A stretch of DNA of 64,000 nucleotides from the human T2T-CHM13v2.0 reference genome, Homo sapiens, in assembly GCF_009914755.1 (NCBI RefSeq), contig NC_060942.1; one strand, 5' to 3'. The translations under genes and the position numbers were made by a program. The notes under the pieces are model-generated. The model was not told the DNA's origin, did no database searches, and saw nothing but the letters and a program-made list of their open reading frames with translations. Position 1 is the first letter of the stretch, and each line of letters begins with the position of its first letter. Below are positions 50,333 to 62,542 of the stretch, one piece after another.

Positions 50333-53300
50333 CATTCTCAGAAACTAGTTTCTGATGTGTGTCCTCAACTAACACAGTTGAACATTTCTTTAGACAGAAC
50401 AGTTTTGAAACACTCTTTTTGTGGAATCTGCAAGTGGCTATTTGGCTAGATTTGAGGATTTCGTTGGAAACGGGATTACATATAAAAAGCAGTCAGCAGC
50501 ATTCTCAGAAAGTTCTTTGTCATGATTGCATTCAAGTCACAGAATTGAACATTCCCTTTCACAGAGCAGGTTTGAAACACTCTTTTTGTAGTGTGTGTAA
50601 GTGGACATTTGGAGCACTTACCGGCCTAAGGTGAAAAAGGAAATATCTTCCCATAAAAACTAGACAGAAGCATTCTCAGAAACTTACTCGTGATGTGTGT
50701 CCTCAACTAAAGGAGTAGAACCTTTCTATTCATAGAGAAGTTTTGAAACGCTCTTTTTGTGGAATCTGCAAGTGGATATTTGGCTAGTTTTGAGGATTTC
50801 GTTGGAAGCGGGAATTCATACAAATTGCAGACTGCAGCGTTCTGAGAAACATCTTTGTGATGTTTGTATTCAGGACACAGAGTTGAACATTCCCTATCAT
50901 AGAGCAGGTTTGAATCACTCCTTTTGTAGTATCTGGAAGTGGACATTTGGAGCGCTTTCAGGCCTATGTTGGAAAAGGAAATATCTTCCCATAACAACTA
51001 GACAGAAGCATTCTCAGAAACTTATTTGAGATGTGTGTACTCAACTAAGAGAATTGAACCACCGTTTTGAAGGAGCAGTTTTGAAACTCTCTTTTTCTGG
51101 AATCTGCAAGTGGATATTTGGCTAGCTTTGGGGATTTCGCTGGAAGCGGGAATACATATAAAAAGCACACAGCAGCGTTCTGAGAAACTGCTTTCTGATG
51201 TTTGCATTCAAGTCAAAAGTTGAACACTCCCTTTCATAGAGCAGTCTTGAAACACCCCTTTTGTAGTATCTGGAACTGGACTTTTGGAGCGATTTCAGGG
51301 CTAAGGTGAAAAAGGAAATATCTTCCCATAAAAACTGGACAGAAGCATTCTCAGAATCTTGTTTATGCTGTATCTACTCAACTAACAAAGTTGAACCTTT
51401 CTTTTGATAGAGCAGTTTTGAAATGGACTTTTTGTGGAATCTGCAAGTGGATATTTGGCTAGTTTTGAGGATTTCGTTGGAAGCGGGAATTCATACAAAT
51501 TGCAGACTGCAGCGTTCTGAGAAACATCTTTGTGATGTTTGTATTCAGGACACAGAGTTGAACATTCCCTATCATAGAGCAGGTTGGAATCACTCCTTTT
51601 GTAGTATCTGGAAGTGGACATTTGGAGCGCTTTCAGGCCTATTTTGGAAAGGGAAATATCTTCCCGTAACAACTATGCAGAAGCATTCTCAGAAACTTGT
51701 TTGTGATGTGTGCCCTCTACTGACAGAGTTGAACCTTTCTTTTCATAGAGCAGTTTTGAAACACTCTTTTTGTAGAATCTGCAAGAGGATATTTGCATAG
51801 CTTTGAGGATTTCGTGGGAAACGGGATTGTCTTCAGGTAAAATCTAGACAGAAGCATTCTCAGAAACTTCTTTGGGATGTTTGCATTCAAGTCACAGAGT
51901 AGAACATTCCCTTTGGTAGAGCAGGTTTGAAACACTCTTTTTGTAGTATCTGGAAGTGGACATTTGGAGCGCTTTCAGGCCCATGTTGGAAATGGAAATA
52001 TCTTCCCGTAACAACTAGGCAGAAGCATTCTCAGAAACTTATTTGAGATGTGTGTACTCAACTAAGAGAATTGAACCACCGTTTTGAAGGAGCAGTTTTG
52101 AAACCCTCTTTTTCTGGAATCTGAAAGAGTATATTTGCCTAGCCTTGAGGATTTCGTTGGAAACGGGATTGTCTTCAGATAAAATCTAGACAGAAGCATT
52201 CTCAGAAACTTCTTTGGGATGTTTGCATTCAAGTCACAGAGTAGAACATTCCCTTTGGTAGAGCAGGTTTGAAACACTCTTTTTTTAGTATATGGAAGTG
52301 GACATTTTGATCGCTTTCAGGCCTACGTTGGAAAAGGAAATATCTTCCCATAACAACTAGACAGAAGCATTCTCAGAAACTAGTTTCTGATGTGTGTCCT
52401 CAACTAACACAGTTGAACATTTCTTTAGACAGAACAGTTTTGAAACACTCTTTTTGTGGAATCTGCAAGTGGCTATTTGGCTAGATTTGAGGATTTCGTT
52501 GGAAACGGGATTACATATAAAAAGCAGTCAGCAGCATTCTCAGAAAGTTCTTTGTCATGATTGCATTCAAGTCACAGAATTGAACATTCCCTTTCACAGA
52601 GCAGGTTTGAAACACTCTTTTTGTAGTGTGTGTAAGTGGACATTTGGAGCACTTACCGGCCTAAGGTGAAAAAGGAAATATCTTCCCATAAAAACTAGAC
52701 AGAAGCATTCTCAGAAACTTACTCGTGATGTGTGTCCTCAACTAAAGGAGTAGAACCTTTCTATTCATAGAGAAGTTTTGAAACGCTCTTTTTGTGGAAT
52801 CTGCAAGTGGATATTTGGCTAGTTTTGAGGATTTCGTTGGAAGCGGGAATTCATACAAATTGCAGACTGCAGCGTTCTGAGAAACATCTTTGTGATGTTT
52901 GTATTCAGGACACAGAGTTGAACATTCCCTGTCATAGAGCAGGTTTGAATCACTCCTTTTGTAGTATCTGGAAGTGGACATTTGGAGCGCTTTCAGGCCT
53001 ATGTTGGAAAAGGAAATATCTTCCCATAACAACTAGACAGAAGCATTCTCAGAAACTTATTTGAGATGTGTGTACTCAACTAAGAGAATTGAACCACCGT
53101 TTTGAAGGAGCAGTTTTGAAACTCTCTTTTTCTGGAATCTGCAAGTGGATATTTGGCTAGCTTTGGGGATTTCGCTGGAAGCGGGAATACATATAAAAAG
53201 CACACAGCAGCGTTCTGAGAAACTGCTTTCTGATGTTTGCATTCAAGTCAAAAGTTGAACACTCCCTTTCATAGAGCAGTCTTGAAACACCCCTTTTGTA

Positions 53301-56300
53301 GTATCTGGAACTGGACTTTTGGAGCGATTTCAGGGCTAAGGTGAAAAAGGAAATATCTTCCCATAAAAACTGGACAGAAGCATTCTCAGAATCTTGTTTA
53401 TGCTGTATCTACTCAACTAACAAAGTTGAACCTTTCTTTTGATAGAGCAGTTTTGAAATGGACTTTTTGTGGAATCTGCAAGTGGATATTTGGCTAGTTT
53501 TGAGGATTTCGTTGGAAGCGGGAATTCATACAAATTGCAGACTGCAGCGTTCTGAGAAACATCTTTGTGATGTTTGTATTCAGGACACAGAGTTGAACAT
53601 TCCCTATCATAGAGCAGGTTGGAATCACTCCTTTTGTAGTATCTGGAAGTGGACATTTGGAGCGCTTTCAGGCCTATTTTGGAAAGGGAAATATCTTCCC
53701 GTAACAACTATGCAGAAGCATTCTCAGAAACTTGTTTGTGATGTGTGCCCTCTACTGACAGAGTTGAACCTTTCTTTTCATAGAGCAGTTTTGAAACACT
53801 CTTTTTGTAGAATCTGCAAGAGGATATTTGCATAGCTTTGAGGATTTCGTGGGAAACGGGATTGTCTTCAGGTAAAATCTAGACAGAAGCATTCTCAGAA
53901 ACTTCTTTGGGATGTTTGCATTCAAGTCACAGAGTAGAACATTCCCTTTGGTAGAGCAGGTTTGAAACACTCTTTTTGTAGTATCTGGAAGTGGACATTT
54001 GGAGCGCTTTCAGGCCCATGTTGGAAAGGGAAATATCTTCCCGTAACAACTAGGCAGAAGCATTCTCAGAAACTTTTTTGAGATGTGTGTACTCAACTAA
54101 GAGAATTGAACCACCGTTTTGAAGGAGCAGTTTTGAAACACTCTTTTTCTGGAATCTGCAAGAGTATATTTGCCTAGCCTTGAGGATTTCGTTGGAAACG
54201 GGATTGTCTTTAGAGAAAATCTAGACAGAAGCATTCTCAGAAACTTCTTTGGGATGTTTGCATTCAAGTCACAGAGTAGAACATTCCCTTTGGTAGAGCA
54301 GGTTTGAAACACTCTTTTTTTAGTATATGGAAGTGGACATTTTGATCGCTGTCAGGCCTACGTTGGAAAAGGAAATATCTTCCCATAACAGCTAGACAGA
54401 AGCATTCTCAGAAACTAGTTTCTGATGTGTGTCCTCAACTAACACAGTTGAACATTTCTTTAGACAGAACAGTTTTGAAACACTCTTTTTGTGGAATCTG
54501 CAAGTGGCTATTTGGCTAGATTTGAGGATTTCGTTGGAAACGGGATTACATATAAAAAGCAGTCAGCAGCATTCTCAGAAAGTTCTTTGTGATGATTGCA
54601 TTCAAGTCACAGAATTGAACATTCCCTTTCACAGAGCAGGTTTGAAACACTCTTTTTGTAGTGTGTGTAAGTGGACATTTGGAGCACTTACCGGCCTAAG
54701 GTGAAAAAGGAAATATCTTCCCATAAAAACTAGACAGAAGCATTCTCAGAAACTTACTCGTGATGTGTGTCCTCAACTAAAGGAGTAGAACCTTTCTTTT
54801 CATAGAGAAGTTTTGAAACGCTCTTTTTGTGGAATCTGCAAGTGGATATTTGGCTAGTTTTGAGGATTTCGTAGGAAGCGGGAATTCATACAAATTGCAG
54901 ACTGCAGCGTTCTGAGAAACATCTTTGTGATGTTTGTATTCAGGACACAGAGTTGAACATTCCCTATCATAGAGCAGGTTTGAATCACTCCTTTTGTAGT
55001 ATCTGGAAGTGGACATTTGGAGCGCTTTCAGGCCTATGTTGGAAAAGGAAATATCTTCCCATAACAACTAGACAGAAGGATTCTCAGAAACTTATTTGAG
55101 ATGTGTGTACTCAACTAAGAGAATTGAACCACCGTTTTGAAGGAGCAGTTTTGAAACACTCTTTTTCTGGAATCTGCAAGTGGATATTTGGCTAGCTTTG
55201 GGGATTTCGCTGGAAGCGGGAATACATATAAAAAGCACACAGCAGCGTTCTGAGAAACTGCTTTCTGATGTTTGCATTCAAGTCAAAAGTTGAACACTCC
55301 CTTTCATAGAGCAGTCTTGAAACACCCCTTTTGTAGTATCTGGAACTGGACTTTTGGAGCGATTTCAGGGCTAAGGTGAAAAAGGAAATATCTTCCCATA
55401 AAAACTGGACAGAAGCATTCTCAGAAACTTGTTTATGCTGTATCTACTCAACTAACAAAGTTGAACCTTTCTTTTGATAGAGCAGTTTTGAAATGGTCTT
55501 TTTGTGGAATCTGCAAGTGGATATTTGGCTAGTTTTGAGGATTTCGTTGGAAGCGGGAATTCATACAAATTGCAGACTGCAGCGTTCTGAGAAACATCTT
55601 TGTGATGTTTGTATTCAGGACACAGAGTTGAACATTCCCTATCATAGAGCAGGTTGGAATCACTCCTTTTGTAGTATCTGGAAGTGGACATTTGGAGCGC
55701 TTTCAGGCCTATTTTGGAAAGGGAAATATCTTCCCGTAACAACTATGCAGAAGCATTCTCAGAAACTTGTTTGTGATGTGTGCCCTCTACTGACAGAGTT
55801 GAACCTTTCTTTTCATAGAGCAGTTTTGAAACACTCTTTTTGTAGAATCTGCAAGAGGATATTTGCATAGCTTTGAGGATTTCGTGGGAAACGGGATTGT
55901 CTTCAGGTAAAATCTAGACAGAAGCATTCTCAGAAACTTCTTTGGGATGTTTGCATTCAAGTCACAGAGTAGAACATTCCCTTTGGTAGAGCAGGTTTGA
56001 AACACTCTTTTTGTAGTATCTGGAAGTGGACATTTGGAGCGCTTTCAGGCCCATGTTGGAAAAGGAAATATCTTCCTGTAACAACTAGGCAGAAGCATTC
56101 TCAGAAACTTATTTGAGATGTGTGTACTCAACTAAGAGAATTGAACAACCGTTTTGAAGGAGCAGTTTTGAAACACTCTTTTTCTGGAATCTGCAAGAGT
56201 ATATTTGCCTAGCCTTGAGGATTTCGTTGGAAACGGGATTGTCTTCAGAGAAAATCTAGACAGAAGCATTCTCAGAAACTTCTTTGGGATGTTTGCATTC

Positions 56301-59300
56301 AAGTCACAGAGTAGAACATTCCCTTTGGTAGAGCAGGTTTGAAACACTCTTTTTTTAGTATATGGAAGTGGACATTTGGAGCGCTTTCAGGTCTACGTTG
56401 GAAAAGGAAATATCTTCCCATAACAACTAGACAGAAGCATTCTCAGAAACTAGTTTCTGATGTGTGTCCTCAACTAACACAGTTGAACATTTCTTTAGAC
56501 AGAACAGTTTTGAAACACTCTTTTTGTGGAATCTGCAAGTGGCTATTTGGCTAGATTTGAGGATTTCGTTGGAAACGGGATTACATATAAAAAGCAGTCA
56601 GCAGCATTCTCAGAAAGTTCTTTGTCATGATTGCATTCAAGTCACAGAATTGAACATTCCCTTTCACAGAGCAGGTTTGAAACACTCTTTTTGTAGTGTG
56701 TGTAAGTGGACATTTGGAGCACTTACCGGCCTAAGGTGAAAAAGGAAATATCTTCCCATAAAAACTAGACAGAAGCATTCTCAGAAACTTACTCGTGTTG
56801 TGTGTCCTCAACTAAAGGAGTAGAACCTTTCTTTTCATAGAGAAGTTTTGAAACGCTCTTTTTGTGGAATCTGCAAGTGGATATTTGGCTAGTTTTGAGG
56901 ATTTCGTTGGAAGCGGGAATTCATACAAATTGCAGACTGCAGCGTTCTGAGAAACATCTTTGTGATGTTTGTATTCAGGACACAGAGTTGAACATTCCCT
57001 ATCATAGAGCAGGTTTGAATCACTCCTTTTGTAGTATCTGGAAGTGGACATTTGGAGCGCTTTCAGGCCTATGTTGGAAAAGGAAATATCTTCCCATAAC
57101 AACTAGACAGAAGCATTCTCAGAAACTTATTTGAGATGTGTGTACTCAACTAAGAGAATTGAACCACCGTTTTGAAGGAGCAGTTTTGAAACACTCTTTT
57201 TCTGGAATCTGCAAGTGGATATTTGGCTAGCTTTGGGGATTTCGCTGGAAGCGGGAATACATATAAAAAGCACACAGCAGCGTTCTGAGAAACTGCTTTC
57301 TGATGTTTGCATTCAAGTCAAAAGTTGAACACTCCCTTTCATAGAGCAGTCTTGAAACACCCCTTTTGTAGTATCTGGAACTGGACTTTTGGAGCGATTT
57401 CAGGGCTAAGGTGAAAAAGGAAATATCTTCCCATAAAAACTGGACAGAAGCATTCTCAGAAACTTGTTTATGCTGTATCTACTCAACTAACAAAGTTGAA
57501 CCTTTCTTTTGATAGAGCAGTTTTGAAATGGTCTTTTTGTGGAATCTGCAAGTGGATATTTGGCTAGTTTTGAGGATTTCGTTGGAAGCGGGAATTCATA
57601 CAAATTGCAGACTGCAGCGTTCTGAGAAACATCTTTGTGATGTTTGTATTCAGGACACAGAGTTGAACATTCCCTATCATAGAGCAGGTTGGAATCACTC
57701 CTTTTGTAGTATCTGGAAGTGGACATTTGGAGCGCTTTCAGGCCTATTTTGGAAAGGGAAATATCTTCCCGTAACAACTATGCAGAAGCATTCTCAGAAA
57801 CTTGTTTGTGATGTGTGCCCTCTACTGACAGAGTTGAACCTTTCTTTTCATAGAGCAGTTTTGAAACACTCTTTTTGTAGAATCTGCAAGAGGATATTTG
57901 CATAGCTTTGAGGATTTCGTGGGAAACGGGATTGTCTTCAGGTAAAATCTAGACAGAAGCATTCTCAGAAACTTCTTTGGGATGTTTGCATTCAAGTCAC
58001 AGAGTAGAACATTCCCTTTGGTAGAGCAGGTTTGAAACACTCTTTTTGTAGTATCTGGAAGTGGACATTTGGAGCGCTTTCAGGCCCATGTTGGAAAAGG
58101 AAATATCTTCCTGTAACAACTAGGCAGAAGCATTCTCAGAAACTTATTTGAGGTGTGTGTACTCAACTAAGAGAATTGAACAACCGTTTTGAAGGAGCAG
58201 TTTTGAAACACTCTTTTTCTGGAATCTGCAAGAGTATATTTGCCTAGCCTTGAGGATTTCGTTGGAAACGGGATTGTCTTCAGAGAAAATCTAGACAGAA
58301 GCATTCTCAGAAACTTCTTTGGGATGTTTGCATTCAAGTCACAGAGTAGAACATTCCCTTTGGTAGAGCAGGTTTGAAACACTCTTTTTTTAGTATATGG
58401 AAGTGGAGATTTGGAGCGCTTTCAGGTCTACGTTGGAAAAGGAAATATCTTCCCATAACAACTAGACAGAAGCATTCTCAGAAACTAGTTTCTGATGTGT
58501 GTCCTCAACTAACACAGTTGAACATTTCTTTAGACAGAACAGTTTTGAAACACTCTTTTTGTGGAATCTGCAAGTGGCTATTTGGCTAGATTTGAGGATT
58601 TCGTTGGAAACGGGATTACATATAAAAAGCAGTCAGCAGCATTCTCAGAAAGTTCTTTGTCATGATTGCATTCAAGTCACAGAATTGAACATTCCCTTTC
58701 ACAGAGCAGGTTTGAAACACTCTTTTTGTAGTGTGTGTAAGTGGACATTTGGAGCGCTTTCCGGCCTAAGGTGAAAAAGGAAATATCTTCCCATAAAAAC
58801 TAGACAGAAGCATTCTCAGAAACTTACTCGTGATGTGTGTCCTCAACTAAAGGAGTAGAACCTTTCTTTTCATAGAGAAGTTTTGAAACGCTCTTTTTGT
58901 GGAATCTGCAAGTGGATATTTGGCTAGTTTTGAGGATTTCGTTGGAAGCGGGAATTCACACAAATTGCAGACTGCAGCGTTCTGAGAAACATCTTTGTGA
59001 TGTTTGTATTCAGGACACAGAGTTGAACATTCCCTATCATAGAGCAGGTTTGAATCACTCCTTTTGTAGTATCTGGAAGTGGACATTTGGAGCGCTTTCA
59101 GGCCTATGTTGGAAAAGGAAATATCTTCCCATAACAACTAGACAGAAGCATTCTCAGAAACTTATTTGAGATGTGTGTACTCAACTAAGAGAATTGAACC
59201 ACCGTTTTGAAGGAGCAGTTTTGAAACACTCTTTTTCTGGAATCTGCAAGTGGATATTTGGCTAGCTTTGGGGATTTCGCTGGAAGCGGGAATACATATA

Positions 59301-62300
59301 AAAAGCACACAGCAGCGTTCTGAGAAACTGCTTTCTGATGTTTGCATTCAAGTCAAAAGTTGAACACTCCCTTTCATAGAGCAGTCTTGAAACACCCCTT
59401 TTGTAGTATCTGGAACTGGACTTTTGGAGCGATTTCAGGGCTAAGGTGAAAAAGGAAATATCTTCCCATAAAAACTGGACAGAAGCATTCTCAGAAACTT
59501 GTTTATGCTGTATCTACTCAACTAACAAAGTTGAACCTTTCTTTTGATAGAGCGGTTTTGAAATGGTCTTTTTGTGGAATCTGCAAGTGGATATTTGGCT
59601 AGTTTTGAGGATTTCATTGGAAGCGGGAATTCATACAAATTGCAGACTGCAGCGTTCTGAGAAACATCTTTGTGATGTTTGTATTCAGGACACAGAGTTG
59701 AACATTCCCTATCATAGAGCAGGTTGGAATCACTCCTTTTGTAGTATCTGGAAGTGGACATTTGGAGCGCTTTCAGGCCTATTTTGGAAAGGGAAATATC
59801 TTCCCGTAACAACTATGCAGAAGCATTCTCAGAAACTTGTTTGTGATGTGTGCCCTCTACTGACAGAGTTGAACCTTTCTTTTCATAGAGCAGTTTTGAA
59901 ACACTCTTTTTGTAGAATCTGCAAGAGGATATTTGCATAGCTTTGAGGATTTCGTGGGAAACGCGATTGTCTTCAGGTAAAATCTAGACAGAAGCATTCT
60001 CAGAAACTTCCTTGGGATGTTTGCATTCAAGTCACAGAGTAGAACATTCCCTTTGGTAGAGCAGGTTTGAAACACTCTTTTTGTAGTATCTGGAAGTGGA
60101 CATTTGGAGCGCTTTCAGGCCTATGTTGGAAAGGGAAATATCTTCCCGTAACAACTAGGCAGAAGCATTCTCAGAAACTTATTTGAGATGTGTGTACTCA
60201 ACTAAGAGAATTGAACCACCGTTTTGAAGGAGCAGTTTTGAAACACTCTTTTTCTGGAATCTGCAAGAGTATATTTGCCTAGCCTTGAGGATTTCGTTGG
60301 AAACGGGATTGTATTCAGATAAAATCTAGACAGAAGCATTCTCAGAAACTTCTTTGGGATGTTTGCATTCAAGTCACAGAGTAGAACATTCCCTTTGGTA
60401 GAGCAGGTTTGAAACACTCTTTTTTTAGTATATGGAAGTGGACATTTTGATCGCTTTCAGGCCTACGTTGGAAAAGGAAATATCTTCCCATAACAACTAG
60501 ACAGAAGCATTCTCAGAAACTAGTTTCTGATGTGTGTCCTCAACTAACACAGTTGAACATTTCTATAGACAGAACAGTTTTGAAACACTCTTTTTGTGGA
60601 ATCTGCAAGTGGCTATTTGGCTAGATTTGAGGATTTCGTTGGAAACGGGATTACATATAAAAAGCAGTCAGCAGCATTCTCAGAAAGTTCTTTGTGATGA
60701 TTGCATTCAAGTCACAGAATTGAACATTCCCTTTCACAGAGCAGGTTTGAAACACTCTTTTTGTAGTGTGTGTAAGTGGACATTTGGAACCCTTACCGGC
60801 CTAAGGTGAAAAAGGAAATATCTTCCCATAAAAACTAGACAGAAGCATTCTCAGAAACTTACTCGTGATGTGTGTCCTCAACTAAAGGAGTAGAACCTTT
60901 CTTTTCATAGAGAAGTTTTGAAACGCTCTTTTTGTGGAATCTGCAAGTGGATATTTGGCTAGTTTTGAGGATTTCGTTGGAAGCGGGAATTCATACAAAT
61001 TGCAGACTGCAGCGTTCTGAGAAACATCTTTGTGATGTTTGTATTCAGGACACAGAGTTGAACATTCCCTATCATAGAGCAGGTTTGAATCACTCCTTTT
61101 GTAGTATCTGGAAGTGGACATTTGGAGCACTTTCAGGCCTATGTTGGAAAAGGAAATATCTTCCCATAACAACTAGACAGAAGCATTCTCAGAAACTTAT
61201 TTGAGATGTGTGTACTCAACTAAGAGAATTGAACCACCGTTTTGAAGGAGCAGTTTTGAAACACTCTTTTTCTGGAATCTGCAAGTGGATATTTGGCTAG
61301 CTTTGGGGATTTCGCTGGAAGCGGGAATACATATAAAAAGCACACAGCAGCGTTCTGAGAAACTGCTTTCTGATGTTTGCATTCAAGTCAAAAGTTGAAC
61401 ACTCCCTTTCATAGAGCAGTCCTGAAACACTCCTTTTGTAGTATCTGGAACTGGACTTTTGGAGCGCTTTCAGGGCTAAGGTGAAAAAGGAAATATCTTC
61501 CCATAAAAACTGGACAGAAGCATTCTCAGAAACTTGTTTATGCTGTATCTACTCAACTAACAAAGTTGAACCTTTCTTTTGATAGAGCAGTTTTGAAATG
61601 GTCTTTTTGTGGAATCTGCAAGTGGATATTTGGCTAGTTTTGAGGATTTCGTTGGAAGCGGGAATTCATACAAATTGCAGACTGCAGCGTTCTGAGAAAC
61701 ATCTTTGTGATGTTTGTATTCAGGACACAGAGTTGAACATTCCCTATCATAGAGCAGGTTGGAATCACTCCTTTTGTAGTATCTGGAAGTGGACATTTGG
61801 AGCGCTTTCAGGACTATTTTGGAAAGGGAAATATCTTCCCGTAACAACTATGCAGAAGCATTCTCAGAAACTTGTTTGTGATGTGTGCCCTCTACTGACA
61901 GAGTTGAACCTTTCTTTTCATAGAGCAGTTTTGAAACACTCTTTTTGTAGAATCTGCAAGAGGATATTTGCATAGCTTTGAGGATTTCGTGGGAAACGGG
62001 ATTGTCTTCAGGTAAAATCTAGACAGAAGCATTCTCAGAAACTTCTTTGGGATGTTTGCATTCAAGTCACAGAGTAGAACATTCCCTTTGGTAGAGCAGG
62101 TTTGAAACACTCTTTTTGTAGTATCTGGAAGTGGACATTTGGAGCGCTTTCAGGCCTATGTTGGAAAGGGAAATATCTTCCCGTAACAACTAGGCAGAAG
62201 CATTCTCAGAAACTTATTTGAGATGTGTGTACTCAACTAAGAGAATTGAACCACCGTTTTGAAGGAGCAGTTTTGAAACCCTCTTTTTCTGGAATCTGCA

Positions 62301-62542
62301 AGAGTATATTTGCCTAGCCTTGAGGATTTCGTTGGAAACGGGATTGTATTCAGATAAAATCTAGACAGAAGCATTCTCAGAAACTTCTTTGGGATGTTTG
62401 CATTCAAGTCACAGAGTAGAACATTCCCTTTGGTAGAGCAGGTTTGAAACACTCTTTTTTTAGTATATGGAAGTGGACATTTTGATCGCTTTCAGGCCTA
62501 CGTTGGAAAAGGAAATATCTTCCCATAACAACTAGACAGAAG
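50333..62542 (+). repeat. Six tandem 12-mer HORs (2035 bp each)
   Basis: Unit starts at 50333, 52368, 54403, 56438, 58473 and 60508. Each carries 4 extra monomers (675 bp, e.g. 51009-51683) with signatures absent from the 8-mers (GGGGATTTCGCTGGAAGCGGGAATAC, GAAACTGCTTTCTGATG, GTTTATGCTGTATCTAC). Confidence 0.97.

Noticed and set aside
51009-51683. 675-bp block absent from 8-mers as a possible mobile or foreign insertion
   Set aside because: It is four alphoid monomers (167+170+167+171) with two CENP-B boxes; there is no poly-A tail, target-site duplication or terminal repeat.
51423-51800. Longest ORF (125 aa, Cys/His-rich) specific to the 12-mers, superficially zinc-finger-like
   Set aside because: It is a translation of TGTG/CAT-rich alphoid monomers, has a non-ATG start and lacks a consistent C2H2 pattern.
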